This document shows positions 1 through 12,269 of a stretch of DNA of 64,000 bases, in pieces (the first letter of the stretch is position 1; each line of letters opens with the position of its first letter). Location of the stretch: positions 55,003-119,002 of the forward strand of contig NZ_FUXP01000005.1 in NCBI RefSeq assembly GCF_900167055.1. Reading direction: 5' to 3'. The stretch comes from Lysobacter spongiicola DSM 21749 (GTDB taxonomy: Bacteria > Pseudomonadota > Gammaproteobacteria > Xanthomonadales > Xanthomonadaceae). The notes beneath the pieces were generated by a model. It had not been told where the DNA came from and ran no database searches. It was given only the letters and a program-made list of their open reading frames with translations. The position numbers were made by a program, and so were the translations under genes.

Positions 1-11
1 TCGGGTGACCC

Positions 12-1379
<1,368 letters not shown>

Positions 1380-1417
1380 GGCGTCTTCGCACCACGCGCC
1401 CCGGGCCTCCCTCTCCT

Positions 1418-1493
1418 TGTAGGAGCGGCTTCAGCCGCGATCTGATCCACCACCGGCACCGCGTATCCGATCGCGGCTGAAGCCGCTCCTACA
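1418..1493. repeat. GTAG-type palindromic REP (SMAG-like): TGTAGGAGCGGCTTCAGCCGCGATC...GATCGCGGCTGAAGCCGCTCCTACA
   Basis: Perfect inverted arms of about 24 nt separated by a loop of about 27 nt. The same arm sequence recurs at 16355, 46718, 51201 and 55343. Confidence 0.9.
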
Positions 1494-1534
1494 ATTCCCA
1501 AGCCGCCCCCCGGGTCGCAAGCACGAGCCCACGC

Positions 1535-2455
1535 ATGCCCTTCCTCGAACTCACCCTGCCCTGCAGCGAAGCCGAGCAGCCCCGCCTGGAGCGTGCGCTG
1601 GAGAACGTCGGCGCCCTGGCGATGACGTTGGCCGACGCGCACGCCGACGCCCCCGACGAGCAGGCGATCTTCGAGCCGGGCGTGGGCCAGACACCGCTGT
1701 GGGGCGAGATGGCCCTGACGGCCTTGTTCGAAGGTGGCACCCCGCCCGAACTGCTGTTGCATGCGCTTGCCGCCGCCGATGAAGGTGTCGACTGGTCCCG
1801 CGCCCGGTTCCGCGAAGTCGCCGACCAGGACTGGGAGCGGGCCTGGATGGACCAGTACGAGCCGCTCCAATTCGGGCGGCGCACCTGGATCGTGCCCTGG
1901 AACCACGCACTGCCCGAAGGCGCCGACAATGACGACGCTGCCGTGGTGCGCCTGGACCCGGGACTGGCGTTCGGCTCCGGCACCCATCCCACCACCGCGC
2001 TCTGCCTGGCGTGGCTCGACGGCCTCGCCGACAGCGGTGAACTCGATGGCGCGCAGGTGCTGGACTTCGGTTGCGGCTCGGGCATCCTCGCGCTCGCCGC
2101 CCTCAAGCTGGGGGCCGCTGGCGCCACCGGCGTCGACAACGACCCGCAGGCCCTGGCGGCCACCGCGGACAACGCCCAGCGCAACGAGGTGGACCATCGC
2201 CTCGGCGTGTACCTGCCAGAAGACGAGCCGGTGCGCACCTATCCGGTGGTGGTCGCCAACATCCTCGCCTCCGCGCTGGTGGCGCTGGCCGACACCCTCG
2301 CTGCGCGGGTTGCACCGGGTGGCCGGATTGCGCTGTCGGGCATCCTGGCCGGACAGCAGGACGAGGTACTGGAGCGTTACGCGGGCGCTTTCGAAGACCT
2401 GTCCGTGACGCAGTTGGAAGACTGGATCCGCATCAGCGGGACCCGGCGCGGCTGA
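1535..2455 (+). CDS. prmA: ribosomal protein L11 methyltransferase
   Basis: 306 aa with the SAM-MTase motif [15 protein letters not shown] and the GTHPTT motif. The accC-prmA neighbourhood is conserved. Confidence 0.9.
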   Translation: MPFLELTLPCSEAEQPRLERALENVGALAMTLADAHADAPDEQAIFEPGVGQTPLWGEMALTALFEGGTPPELLLHALAAADEGVDWSRARFREVADQDWERAWMDQYEPLQFGRRTWIVPWNHALPEGADNDDAAVVRLDPGLAFGSGTHPTTALCLAWLDGLADSGELDGAQVLDFGCGSGILALAALKLGAAGATGVDNDPQALAATADNAQRNEVDHRLGVYLPEDEPVRTYPVVVANILASALVALADTLAARVAPGGRIALSGILAGQQDEVLERYAGAFEDLSVTQLEDWIRISGTRRG

Positions 2456-2481
2456 TCCGGGTGCTCGGCTAGACTGCAGCG

Positions 2482-3288
2482 ATGTTCGTCCCGTGCCCCG
2501 AATGCGGTTTCCTGGTCGCCCTGATCGTCTCCCGAGACGGGTCGCCGCAGCACTGCCCGCGTTGCCGCGCAGTGCTTGAACCCATGGCCGCGGCTTCAGG
2601 GGCGGGCGATGCCTCACTTGCCGCGACCTCACACGCCACGCAGATCGCCGAACCGGGCACCAAGCCACCAGAGCCGGCCACCGAAGGGTCCGGAGCCGCA
2701 ACCGGCAGCGACCGCGTGCAAGGCGCCGTGCGCAACACCAGGCCGACCACCGTTGGCGGCTCGGGCCGGCGCGCCCCCAGTTTCGCCCGGCGCACGGGCC
2801 GTCCCTCCGTCCAGCGGTCCCGGCGCATGCAAATCATCGAAGGGACCATCGTCACCGCGCTGCTGTTGCTGCTGTGCGTGCAGATGCTCTTTGCCCAGCG
2901 CAACGAGCTGGCGGCAAGCGAGCGCTGGCGCCCCTGGGTGGCAGTCGCCTGCGGTATCGCCGGCTGCACACTGCCGGCATGGCGCGAGCCGGGGGCCTAC
3001 ACGATGCTGTCACGTAGCGTGACCCCCTCGCCCACCCGGCCCGGCGTGCTGGAGGTGGAGGCGAGCTTCCGCAATGACGCCCGCTGGCCGCAACACTGGC
3101 CCCACCTGCTGTTGATGCTGTCCGACGTCAATGGCCGGCCGGTGGCCCAGCGCACGTTCACTCCCGATGACTATCAGGAGCAGGTGCCGGGGGACGGGAC
3201 GCTGGCTCCGGGGCAGAGCGCCAGCGTCCGGCTGGAAGTGGTCGAACCCGCGGACCCGACTGTCGCGTTCACGTTCGACTTCCGCTGA
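2482..3288 (+). CDS. zinc-ribbon/DUF3426-like membrane protein
   Basis: N-terminal CPxCG...CPRC zinc ribbon, a Pro/Ala-rich linker, one TM helix and a C-terminal beta-rich domain. Confidence 0.6.
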   Translation: MFVPCPECGFLVALIVSRDGSPQHCPRCRAVLEPMAAASGAGDASLAATSHATQIAEPGTKPPEPATEGSGAATGSDRVQGAVRNTRPTTVGGSGRRAPSFARRTGRPSVQRSRRMQIIEGTIVTALLLLLCVQMLFAQRNELAASERWRPWVAVACGIAGCTLPAWREPGAYTMLSRSVTPSPTRPGVLEVEASFRNDARWPQHWPHLLLMLSDVNGRPVAQRTFTPDDYQEQVPGDGTLAPGQSASVRLEVVEPADPTVAFTFDFR

Positions 3289-3390
3289 ATCGGCACCTTT
3301 GCGGTGTCGCCGGCGGCCCCGGCGCGCTAGACTCCTCCCCCCCGTCGTCACGCCCGCCCTGCGGTGCCACATCGCACGGCGGACGACACC

Positions 3391-3684
3391 ATGTCCCGGG
3401 GGGAGACACCTTTGAACGCAGCAGCAGACCGCAACGACACCAGCCGTGCGGGGCCCCGCGTCCCGCTTCGCGACCATGTCGCGACTTCGATCCGTCGCTA
3501 CCTCGGCGACCTCAACGGATGCGACAACGGCGACCTGTACGAGATCGCGCTGCGCGAGCTGGAGATCCCGCTGTTCGCCGAGGTCCTCGAGCATTGCGAC
3601 GGCAACCAGAGCCGGGCCGCTTCAATGCTCGGCATCCATCGCGCCACCCTGCGCAAGAAGCTGCGCGAGTACGGCCTGGCCTGA
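3391..3684 (+). CDS. fis: DNA-binding protein Fis
   Basis: C-terminal [27 protein letters not shown] is typical of Fis. The larger ORF could start at 3364 (GTG), but 3391 ATG gives about 97 aa. Confidence 0.85.
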   Translation: MSRGETPLNAAADRNDTSRAGPRVPLRDHVATSIRRYLGDLNGCDNGDLYEIALRELEIPLFAEVLEHCDGNQSRAASMLGIHRATLRKKLREYGLA

Positions 3685-3744
3685 GCCGCGGCCACCACGC
3701 GGCGGCGCCTATAATCGGCGGCTTTCCACCACGAAAGCCTGCCC

Positions 3745-5343
3745 ATGACCCCCGCGAACCAGACCGGCGCCCTGCCCGCCAACCCGGTGAAGATCCGCCG
3801 CGCCCTGTTGTCCGTCTCAGACAAGGCCGGACTGTTGGAACTGGCACATGCACTGGCTGCGCGCGGCGTCGAGCTGCTGTCCACCGGCGGCACCGCCAAG
3901 GCCCTGCGTGAAGCCGGGCTGGAGGTGCGCGACGTCAGCGACGTCACCCGATTCCCGGAAATGATGGACGGGCGGGTGAAAACCCTGCACCCGATGGTGC
4001 ACGGCGGCCTGCTCGGCCGTGCAGGCACCGACGACGCGGTCATGGCCGAGCACGGCATCGAGCCGATCGACCTGCTGGTGCTGAACCTGTATCCGTTCGA
4101 ATCGGTCTCCGCCGATCCCGACAGCACGATGGAGCAGGTCATCGAGAACATCGACATCGGCGGGCCGGCGATGCTGCGCTCGGCGGCGAAGAACTTCGCC
4201 CGGGTCGCGGTAGCCACCGAGCCGTCGCAGTACGAGGCGTTGATTGCGGAGCTGGAGACCGGCAATGGCGCGCTCTCGGCCGCCACCCGGTTCTCGCTGG
4301 CCGTGGCCGCGTTCAATCGGGTCGCCTCCTACGACGCCTGCATCAGCAACCACCTGTCGGCCATCTCCGCGGACGGCTCGCGCGGGCTGTTCCCGGCGCA
4401 GAGCAACAGCAACTTCGTGAAGGTCATGGACCTGCGCTATGGCGAGAACCCGCACCAGGCCGGCGCCTTCTACCGGGACCTGTATCCGGTCCCGGGCACC
4501 CTGGCCACCTTCACCCAGCTGCAGGGCAAGGAGCTGAGCTTCAACAACCTGGCCGACGCGGATGCCGCCTGGGAGTGCGTCCGCCAGTTCGAGTCGCCCG
4601 CGTGCGTGATCGTCAAGCACGCCAATCCATGCGGCGTGGCGACGGCGGCCGGCTGCGGCGATGCCTACGAGGCGGCCTACGCCACCGACCCGACCTCCGC
4701 CTTCGGCGGCATCATCGCGTTCAACGGCGCGCTCGATGCCGCCACCGCGAAGACCATCCTCGACCGCCAGTTCGTCGAGGTGCTGATCGCGCCCGACTAC
4801 GAGCCGGCGGCGTTGGAGGTGGCGCGCAAGAAGGCCAATGTCCGGGTGCTGCGCATCCCGCACGGCGAGGGCCGCAACAATTTCGACGTCAAGCGGGTGG
4901 GATCGGGACTGTTGATGCAGACCAGCGACATCCGCGAGGTCGGCCGGGACGAGTTGAAGGTGGTAACCAAGGCCGCACCCAGCGATGCGCAACTGGGCGA
5001 CCTGCTGTTCGCCTGGCGGGTGGCGAAGTACGTCAAGTCCAACGCCATCGTGTACGCGCGCGACAACCGCAGCATCGGCATCGGTGCCGGCCAGATGAGC
5101 CGCGTGGTGAGCGCGAAGATCGCCGGCCTGAAAGCGGAGGAAGCGGGCCTGGCCGTAGCCGGTGCGGTGATGGCCAGCGACGCCTTCTTCCCGTTCCGCG
5201 ACGGCATCGACGCGGCCGCGGCGGCAGGCATCAAGGCGGTCATCCAGCCCGGTGGTTCGATGCGCGACAACGAAGTCATCGCGGCTGCCGACGAACACGG
5301 CCTGGCGATGGTATTCACCGGCGTGCGCCACTTCAGGCACTGA
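3745..5343 (+). CDS. purH: bifunctional AICAR transformylase/IMP cyclohydrolase
   Basis: 532 aa with a conserved MGS-like N-terminus ([16 protein letters not shown]) and an AICARFT domain. Confidence 0.95.
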   Translation: MTPANQTGALPANPVKIRRALLSVSDKAGLLELAHALAARGVELLSTGGTAKALREAGLEVRDVSDVTRFPEMMDGRVKTLHPMVHGGLLGRAGTDDAVMAEHGIEPIDLLVLNLYPFESVSADPDSTMEQVIENIDIGGPAMLRSAAKNFARVAVATEPSQYEALIAELETGNGALSAATRFSLAVAAFNRVASYDACISNHLSAISADGSRGLFPAQSNSNFVKVMDLRYGENPHQAGAFYRDLYPVPGTLATFTQLQGKELSFNNLADADAAWECVRQFESPACVIVKHANPCGVATAAGCGDAYEAAYATDPTSAFGGIIAFNGALDAATAKTILDRQFVEVLIAPDYEPAALEVARKKANVRVLRIPHGEGRNNFDVKRVGSGLLMQTSDIREVGRDELKVVTKAAPSDAQLGDLLFAWRVAKYVKSNAIVYARDNRSIGIGAGQMSRVVSAKIAGLKAEEAGLAVAGAVMASDAFFPFRDGIDAAAAAGIKAVIQPGGSMRDNEVIAAADEHGLAMVFTGVRHFRH

Positions 5344-5344
5344 C

Positions 5345-6424
5345 ATGATGATGTCGGTACTGCTCCTGCTCGCCGGCCTGGCCGCGCTCGTGGCCGGTGC
5401 CGAAGGGCTCGTACGCGGGGCCAGCCGGCTTGCGCTGGCCACGGGCCTGTCGCCGCTGGTGGTCGGGCTGACCGTGGTCGGCTTCGGCACCAGCGCACCC
5501 GAGCTCGCGGTCGGTATCGACGCGGTGCAGCGGGGGTCGGCCGACATCGCGCTGGGCAACGTGGTGGGCAGCAACATCACCAACGTCCTGCTGATCCTGG
5601 GCATCAGCGCGCTGGTCGCACCGCTGGTGGTCTCGCGCCAGCTGGTAAGGATCGACGTGCCAGTGATGATCGCCTGCTCGGTGCTGGTACTGGTGCTGGC
5701 GATGGATGGCAGCATCGGCCGGATCGAAGGGGCGGTGATGGCGGCCGGGGCCGCTGCCTACCTGGTGCTGCAGGTCGTCATCGGACGGCGCGAGGCGAGA
5801 CCCGACGAGCTTGAACCGGTGGGCGAAAAGCCCCACGCCGCGGGGTGGGTCCTGAACGTGGCGCTGCTGCTGGGTGGGCTGGGCCTGCTGGTCCTCGGAG
5901 CCGGTTGGCTGGTGGACGGCGCGGTGGACATCGCGGCCGCGCTGGGGCTGAGCGAGCTGGTGATCGGCCTGACCGTGGTCGCGATCGGGACCTCGATGCC
6001 GGAACTGGCGACATCGGTCATCGCCACCATCCGCGGCGAGCGCGACATGGCGGTCGGCAACGTGGTCGGCAGCAACATCCTCAACCTGCTGGCGGTGCTC
6101 GGATTGACCGCGGTGTTCTCACCGGCCGGCATTCCGGTCGGCAATTCCGCGATCCATTTCGACCTGCCAGTGATGCTGGCCGCCGCCGTTGCCTGCCTGC
6201 CGATCTTCTTCACTGGCCACTGCATCCAGCGCTGGGAAGGCGCGGTATTCGCGGGCTATTTCATCGCCTATACCGCCTACCTGCTGCTGGATTCGGCCGG
6301 CCATGGCGCCCTGCAGGCCTTCAGCGCGGTGATGATGAACTTCGTGGTCCCGCTGACGATCCTGACCCTGGCGATCGTGGTCACGCGTGCATTGCGGGAG
6401 CGGCAACAGGCCAGGCGCGGTTAG
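5345..6424 (+). CDS. Ca2+/Na+ antiporter (CaCA/YrbG family)
   Basis: Two internal repeats each carry the GTSxPEL alpha-repeat motif (GTSAPELAVG, GTSMPELATS) and about 10 TM helices. ATG is 2 nt after the purH stop. Confidence 0.85.
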   Translation: MMMSVLLLLAGLAALVAGAEGLVRGASRLALATGLSPLVVGLTVVGFGTSAPELAVGIDAVQRGSADIALGNVVGSNITNVLLILGISALVAPLVVSRQLVRIDVPVMIACSVLVLVLAMDGSIGRIEGAVMAAGAAAYLVLQVVIGRREARPDELEPVGEKPHAAGWVLNVALLLGGLGLLVLGAGWLVDGAVDIAAALGLSELVIGLTVVAIGTSMPELATSVIATIRGERDMAVGNVVGSNILNLLAVLGLTAVFSPAGIPVGNSAIHFDLPVMLAAAVACLPIFFTGHCIQRWEGAVFAGYFIAYTAYLLLDSAGHGALQAFSAVMMNFVVPLTILTLAIVVTRALRERQQARRG

Positions 6425-7920
6425 CGCGGCCCGTCGGCCTCGCTTGCGGGGCCGGCCGCCAAGTCCGGCCTGGCGCCATCCCGCACGCGCCAGATGCCGG
6501 GATCGACGCCATCCCCGAACGAGGGATGCAACCGGGCGTCGAACTCCGGCAGCCTGCCCTTCGCCAGTTGCACGTCGTAGTCACGGGTCAGCGCCACCAC
6601 CACGCCCGAGAGCATCAGCAGCGCCACAAGGTTGATCGAGGCCATCAGCGCCATCGCGGCGTCCGCGGCATCCCAGACCAGTTGCACCTTCGAGTAGACG
6701 CCCCAGACGATGACCGCCAGCGCGGCCAGCCGCAGCACCAGCAGGCCGGCCTTGCCGCCGCCGAGGTACAGCAGGTTGTTCTCGGCGTACGAATAGTTGC
6801 CGATGATCGTGGTGAACGCGAAGAAGAACATCGCGATGGCAACGAAATAGGTGCCCGCCCCGCCGAAGTACACCGTCATCGCCTGCTGGGTGACCTGCAC
6901 GCCGTCGCCGTCCCCGCCGAGCACGCCCGACAGCAGGATGACGAAACCGGTGGCGCTGCAGATCAGCAGCGTATCGATGAAGACGCCGAGCGACTGCACC
7001 AGCCCCTGGCTGGCCGGGTGGTGCGGGACCGGCGTCGCGGCGGCGGCCACGTTGGGCGCACTGCCCATGCCGGCTTCGTTGGAGTAGAGCCCGCGCTTGA
7101 CGCCGTTGAGCATGGCCGCCGCGATACCACCCACCACGCCGCCAACTGCCGGCTCCAGCCCAAAGGCACTGCGCAGCACGAGACCCAGCACGGCGGGGAT
7201 TTCACCGAGGTTCGTGGCCACCACCCACCCGGCGAGTGCGAGGTAGGCCACCGCCATCACCGGCACTACCTTCTCGGCGAATCGTGCGACTGAACGCAGT
7301 CCGCCGAAGATGATGAGCGCCGTCAGCAGCACCAGTCCGGTGGCGATCTGTCCCCGGGTGAAGCCGAACGCCGCCCCGAGTGCCTGCGCCATCGCATTGG
7401 CATGCACGCTGCTGAAGACCAGCCCGTAGGTCAGCAGCAGGCATAGCGAAAAAGCCACGCCCATCCAACGCTTCTTCAGGCCCCGTGCCATGTAATACGC
7501 CGGGCCGCCGCGGTATTGCCCCTGCTCGTCGCGCACCTTGTAGAGCTGGGCCAGGGAGCTTTCAGCGTAGGCGGTCGCCATGCCCACCAGCGCGGTGCAC
7601 CACATCCAGAACAGCGCGCCCGGCCCGCCGACACCCAGCGCGATGGCGACCCCGGCAAGGTTCCCGGTCCCGACGCGCGAGGCGAGGCTGGTGCATAGCG
7701 CCTGGAACGGAGAGATGCCCGCGGCATCCGAGTTGCGGCCCATTCCCACGACCCGCCACATGTGCGGGAACAAGCGGACCTGCAGCAGCCGCAGCCTGAG
7801 GGTGAAGTACAGCCCGACCGCGAGCAGCCCGTAGACCAGGACGTAGTCCCACAACACGGCATTGACCAGCCCGACCATCGGCACCAGCAAGGCTTCTATC
7901 GTCTCCAGCAGGTTGTCCAT
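6421..7920 (-). CDS. alanine/glycine:cation symporter (AGCS family)
   Basis: Multi-TM protein with the AGCS signature (GTGNLAGVAIA...SNEAGMGSAP). Start chosen at the internal MDNLLETIEAL. The longer ORF extends to 8049. Confidence 0.85.
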   Translation of the reverse strand: MDNLLETIEALLVPMVGLVNAVLWDYVLVYGLLAVGLYFTLRLRLLQVRLFPHMWRVVGMGRNSDAAGISPFQALCTSLASRVGTGNLAGVAIALGVGGPGALFWMWCTALVGMATAYAESSLAQLYKVRDEQGQYRGGPAYYMARGLKKRWMGVAFSLCLLLTYGLVFSSVHANAMAQALGAAFGFTRGQIATGLVLLTALIIFGGLRSVARFAEKVVPVMAVAYLALAGWVVATNLGEIPAVLGLVLRSAFGLEPAVGGVVGGIAAAMLNGVKRGLYSNEAGMGSAPNVAAAATPVPHHPASQGLVQSLGVFIDTLLICSATGFVILLSGVLGGDGDGVQVTQQAMTVYFGGAGTYFVAIAMFFFAFTTIIGNYSYAENNLLYLGGGKAGLLVLRLAALAVIVWGVYSKVQLVWDAADAAMALMASINLVALLMLSGVVVALTRDYDVQLAKGRLPEFDARLHPSFGDGVDPGIWRVRDGARPDLAAGPASEADGPR

Positions 7921-8047
7921 CGGCGTCCCGGTTTTCCGTCGACGCACGATCGTATCAGCGCGCCGGGCGCGCCCTGCCTGCACGCCGCCGATTGCGTAGA
8001 ATCCCGGGCTTCCGCGTGTGCGGAGCAACGAGGCAAGGACCGGTGGC

Positions 8048-9361
8048 ATGAAGATTCTGGTGATCGGCGCGGGCGGACGCGAACATGCGCTGGCCTGGAA
8101 GCTCGCTCAGTCCCCACGCGTGACAGGGGTGCTGGTGGCGCCCGGCAATGCAGGCACCGCCTCGGAACCCAAGTGCCGCAACGTGCCGGTCGCCGCGACC
8201 GATATCGACGGGCTGCTGGCGCTGGTGGCGCGCGAAGGCGTGTCGGTGACCGTCGTCGGCCCCGAGGCCCCGCTGGTGGCGGGGGTCGTGGACCGCTTCC
8301 GCGCCGCCGGCCACCGCATCTTCGGCCCCACCGCCGCGGCCGCCCAGCTGGAAGGCAGCAAGGCCTTTGCCAAGGATTTCCTCGCCCGGCACGGCATCCC
8401 GACCGCGCACTACGCAGTCCACACCGAGTTGGACGCCGCACTCGCACATGTTCGGGACAAGGGCGCGCCGATCGTCATCAAGGCCGATGGCCTGGCTGCC
8501 GGCAAGGGCGTCATCGTTGCGACCACGCTGGCCGAGGCCGAGGCCGCGGTGACCGACATGCTCGCCGGCAATGCGTTCGGCAGCGCGGGTGCGCGGGTGG
8601 TGATCGAGGAATTCCTCGAGGGCGAAGAGGCCAGCTTCATCTCGATGGTGGATGGCCACACGGCGCTACCGATGGCCACCAGCCAGGACCACAAGCGCGC
8701 CTTCGACGGCGACACCGGCCCCAATACCGGTGGCATGGGGGCGTACTCGCCCGCGCCGGTGGTCACCCCGCAGATCCATGACCGGATCATGCGCGAGGTG
8801 GTCGAACCGACCGTGCGTGGCATGGCTGCCGATGGCATCCCGTTCACCGGCTTCCTCTACGCGGGCCTGATGATCGACGCCTCCGGCGCCCCCAGGGTGA
8901 TCGAGTTCAACGTGCGTTTCGGTGACCCGGAAACGCAGCCGGTAATGATGCGCCTGCGCTCGGACCTGCTGGACCTCGTCGAAGCCGGAATCGCGGGCCG
9001 CCTGCAGGGTGTCGTCGCGGACTGGGATCCGCGGCCCAGCCTGGGCGTGGTGATGGCCGCCGAGAACTATCCGGGGACGCCGCGTACCGGCGATCCCATC
9101 GGCCACTGGGACGTACCGGATCCCGAAGGCAGCAAGGTGTTCCACGCCGGCACCGCACTGGCGGACGGCCAGGTGGTGACCTCGGGTGGACGCGTGCTCT
9201 GCGTCTGCGCGCTGGGCGATACCGTCGCCGACGCCCAGCACAAGGCCTACGAAACCGTGGCCGGGGTGTCCTGGCATGGCGAGTTCCATCGCCACGACAT
9301 CGGCTGGCGGGCGATCGAGCGCGAGCGGCAGGGAAAGAGCGGTCAGGTAGCGGGCGGCTGA
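8048..9361 (+). CDS. purD: phosphoribosylamine-glycine ligase
   Basis: MKILVIGAGGREHALAWKLAQS N-terminus and an ATP-grasp fold. Confidence 0.95.
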   Translation: MKILVIGAGGREHALAWKLAQSPRVTGVLVAPGNAGTASEPKCRNVPVAATDIDGLLALVAREGVSVTVVGPEAPLVAGVVDRFRAAGHRIFGPTAAAAQLEGSKAFAKDFLARHGIPTAHYAVHTELDAALAHVRDKGAPIVIKADGLAAGKGVIVATTLAEAEAAVTDMLAGNAFGSAGARVVIEEFLEGEEASFISMVDGHTALPMATSQDHKRAFDGDTGPNTGGMGAYSPAPVVTPQIHDRIMREVVEPTVRGMAADGIPFTGFLYAGLMIDASGAPRVIEFNVRFGDPETQPVMMRLRSDLLDLVEAGIAGRLQGVVADWDPRPSLGVVMAAENYPGTPRTGDPIGHWDVPDPEGSKVFHAGTALADGQVVTSGGRVLCVCALGDTVADAQHKAYETVAGVSWHGEFHRHDIGWRAIERERQGKSGQVAGG

Positions 9362-9368
9362 CCTGGAC

Positions 9369-11285
9369 ATGCCGCACAGCCAGTACGCACTGCTGCGGCA
9401 GCGACGCTTCCTGCCGTTCTTCCTGACCCAGTCGCTGGGGGCGTTCAATGACAACGTCTACCGGCAGGCGATCATCGGGATGCTGTTCTGGCTGGGCGTC
9501 AGCAGCGAGCAGAAGACGCTGTACGCCAACCTGGCGCCGGCGTTGTTCATCCTGCCCTACTTCCTGTTCTCGGCGCTGGCCGGGCAGATCGCCGAAAAGA
9601 CCGAGAAGTCGACCCTGATCCGGATCACCACGGGGATGGAGATCGGAATCATGTCGCTGGCGGCGGTCGGGTTCGTCACCCAGAACCTTGTCGTGCTGCT
9701 GGCCGCCCTGTTCTTGACGGGCGTGCAGTCGGCCCTGTTCGGACCGGTGAAGTACTCGATCCTGCCATCGGTGCTGCAGCCACGCGAACTGACCGGTGGC
9801 AACGGCCTGGTGGAGATGGGCACTGCCATCGCGATCCTGTGCGGCATGATCCTGGGCGGCTCGATCTTCGCCGCCACCGGCGACAGCGGCCCGTGGGTGG
9901 CCGGCGGCATGGTGGTCACGCTGGCCGTTGCGGGACACCTGGTGAGCCGGGCCATCCCGCCCGCGGGGGCCGGCGCCCCGGACCTGAAGATCAACTGGAA
10001 TCCGATCCCGGAATCCTTTGCGGCGTTGAGGCTGGCCAAGAAACAGCTCGCGGTGCGCAACGCCGTGCTGGGGGTGTCGTGGTTCTGGTTCGTCGGCACC
10101 ATCCTGACCTCGCAGTTGCCTGCGTACGCGGAGGTCAACCTGGGTGGCTCGGCGACGCTGTACATCTTTGCCCTCGCGCTGTTCTCGATCGGTACCGGCG
10201 TGGGGTCGATGCTCTGCGAAAAACTCTCCGCCCGCACGGTCGAGATCGGGCTGGTGCCGCTGGGCGCGTTCGGCATGAGCGCGTTCCTGCTCGACCTCTA
10301 CCTGGGCCGTCCCGCCGCCGCGACCGTGGGCGGCCTCGACGTGGCGGGTTTCCTGCGGCAGCCCGGCAGCTGGCGCACCGTGATCGACCTTCTCGGCGTG
10401 GGGATGTTCACCGGCTTCTTCGTGGTGCCGCTGTTTGCCCTGATCCAGAACCGCACGCCGAAGTCGGAAATGTCCCGCGTGTTCGCCGGGCTCAACATCC
10501 AGAACTCCGGTTTCATCGTGCTGGCCGCGTTGCTGGGCGTCACCCTGCAGATGGAATCCTTCCAGCTGGGCGGGGTGCGGGTATCGATGCCCGGCCTGGA
10601 GATCCCGCAACTGTTCCTGGCGCTGGCCGTGGCCAACACGCTGGTGGCGATCTGGATCTTCACGATCGTGCCCGAGTTCCTGATGCGCTTCCTCAGCTGG
10701 GTGCTGGTGCGCTCGCTGTACCGGCTGCGTGCCTGGGGCATCGACGAGGTGCCCGAGGACGGCCCGGCCCTGGTGGTATGCAACCACGTCAGCTACATGG
10801 ATGCGCTGATCCTGGCGGCGAGCATTCCCCGGCCGGTGCGCTTCGTCATGTACTACCGGATCTTCGACGTGCCGGTGATGCGGTGGATCTTCCGCACCGC
10901 CAAGGCGATTCCGATCGCGGGGGCCAGGGAAAACCCCGAGCTGATGCAGCGCGCCTTCGACCGCATCGATGCGGAGCTGGCCGATGCGCAGGTGGTGGGA
11001 ATTTTCCCGGAAGGCCGGCTGACCAGCGACGGCGAGATGGCCGCGTTCAAGTCCGGGGTCGAGAAAATCCTGGAGCGGCGCCAGGTCCCGGTGGTGCCGA
11101 TGGCGCTGCGTGGCATGTGGGCCAGCATGTGGAGCAGGCGGGACGGGCGCCTGGCACGCATGCGGGTACCGCGCCGTTTCCGCGGCCACGTCGAGGTGGT
11201 CGCCGCACCGGCGGTGGATGGAGGCACGGCCACGGCACCCGCGCTCGAGGCCATGGTGCGCGAGCTCCGGGGCGACCAGCCGTAG
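9369..11285 (+). CDS. lplT: lysophospholipid transporter LplT (MFS) fused to 2-acyl-GPE acyltransferase (PlsC/Aas-like)
   Basis: N-terminal 12-TM MFS domain. The C-terminus carries the HxxxxD (VVCNHVSYMD) and FPEGR acyltransferase motifs. Confidence 0.8.
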   Translation: MPHSQYALLRQRRFLPFFLTQSLGAFNDNVYRQAIIGMLFWLGVSSEQKTLYANLAPALFILPYFLFSALAGQIAEKTEKSTLIRITTGMEIGIMSLAAVGFVTQNLVVLLAALFLTGVQSALFGPVKYSILPSVLQPRELTGGNGLVEMGTAIAILCGMILGGSIFAATGDSGPWVAGGMVVTLAVAGHLVSRAIPPAGAGAPDLKINWNPIPESFAALRLAKKQLAVRNAVLGVSWFWFVGTILTSQLPAYAEVNLGGSATLYIFALALFSIGTGVGSMLCEKLSARTVEIGLVPLGAFGMSAFLLDLYLGRPAAATVGGLDVAGFLRQPGSWRTVIDLLGVGMFTGFFVVPLFALIQNRTPKSEMSRVFAGLNIQNSGFIVLAALLGVTLQMESFQLGGVRVSMPGLEIPQLFLALAVANTLVAIWIFTIVPEFLMRFLSWVLVRSLYRLRAWGIDEVPEDGPALVVCNHVSYMDALILAASIPRPVRFVMYYRIFDVPVMRWIFRTAKAIPIAGARENPELMQRAFDRIDAELADAQVVGIFPEGRLTSDGEMAAFKSGVEKILERRQVPVVPMALRGMWASMWSRRDGRLARMRVPRRFRGHVEVVAAPAVDGGTATAPALEAMVRELRGDQP

Positions 11286-11303
11286 TGCCGGTCGCCAAGG
11301 CGA

Positions 11304-12239
11304 TCAGCTGACGAAGCCCGCGATCACGAACAACGCCAGCGTCGCCAGCCAGACCAGCAGGCAACGCCACACCAGGCTCATTGCATCACGCAGTTCCGGA
11401 AGCTCACCCAGTGACGCGGCCGGCAGCGTCGTGGCACCCATGTCTTCGTCCCGCAGCGAGCCCGCCGCGTAGTCGCTGCTTTCGTCGGCCAGTTCGCTGC
11501 GCACGCTGGCCCGCCCGGCGGCCTCCAGGAAGCGGCTGTCGAGATGGAAGGCAGCGCCTCCGGCCGAACGCCACGCTCCGAGCACGCTGTCAAAGTTGCC
11601 GACCAGGGCGAGCGAGAGCGTCATCAGTTGCGCCACCGGCCATTCCAGCAGGGCCAGCAGGCGCCGTGCACCGCGGGCGGTCGCCGATGGCACCGGCGTG
11701 GCCGGGGGATCTTCCGCGCCATCCCGTCGCGCGGACACTACGACCAGCCGATACCCCAGCGCCCCGAACGGACCCAGCACGAGGAACCAGAACAACACCC
11801 CGAACCAGCGACGCAGGCCATTGCGGAATACCGCATCGATGACGCGAGGCCCGTCGACGGATGCGCTGCCGTCGTCCGCCAGGCGCGCGGCCGCGTCGCG
11901 GCGGGAGACGGGATCGGGGGCATCGAGTACGGCATCGACGTCCCGGTCCAGGTCCCGTGGTCCCCAGGAGTAGAACAGCACGATGATCGCGAACAGCAGG
12001 CCGGCCAGCCCGAAGACCTGCCCGTCGAGCGCGCGCTGCAACAGGCCCACTGCCAGCAGCGGAGGCGCCAGCGCCAGTGCAATGCCCCAGTTGCCGCGCC
12101 AGAAGCTGTCCTCGTCGAAGTGGCTGTTGAGCCACGCCACCAGGTCCCGGTACCAGCCGAATTGCCTGACGCTCGCCAGCGATGGCGCGGCGTGCCCCAA
12201 GACCAGTGCGGCAACGACGGCGATCAGGGTGACGGACAT
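11304..12239 (-). CDS. AmpE-like inner-membrane protein
   Basis: Multi-TM protein of about 311 aa with an AmpE-like layout (SWGPRDLDRD loop, C-terminal TM block). Homology was judged by pattern only. Confidence 0.45.
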   Translation of the reverse strand: MSVTLIAVVAALVLGHAAPSLASVRQFGWYRDLVAWLNSHFDEDSFWRGNWGIALALAPPLLAVGLLQRALDGQVFGLAGLLFAIIVLFYSWGPRDLDRDVDAVLDAPDPVSRRDAAARLADDGSASVDGPRVIDAVFRNGLRRWFGVLFWFLVLGPFGALGYRLVVVSARRDGAEDPPATPVPSATARGARRLLALLEWPVAQLMTLSLALVGNFDSVLGAWRSAGGAAFHLDSRFLEAAGRASVRSELADESSDYAAGSLRDEDMGATTLPAASLGELPELRDAMSLVWRCLLVWLATLALFVIAGFVS

Positions 12240-12269
12240 GCGCGGCTCCGGTAGGCGGTCGGTCCGATT

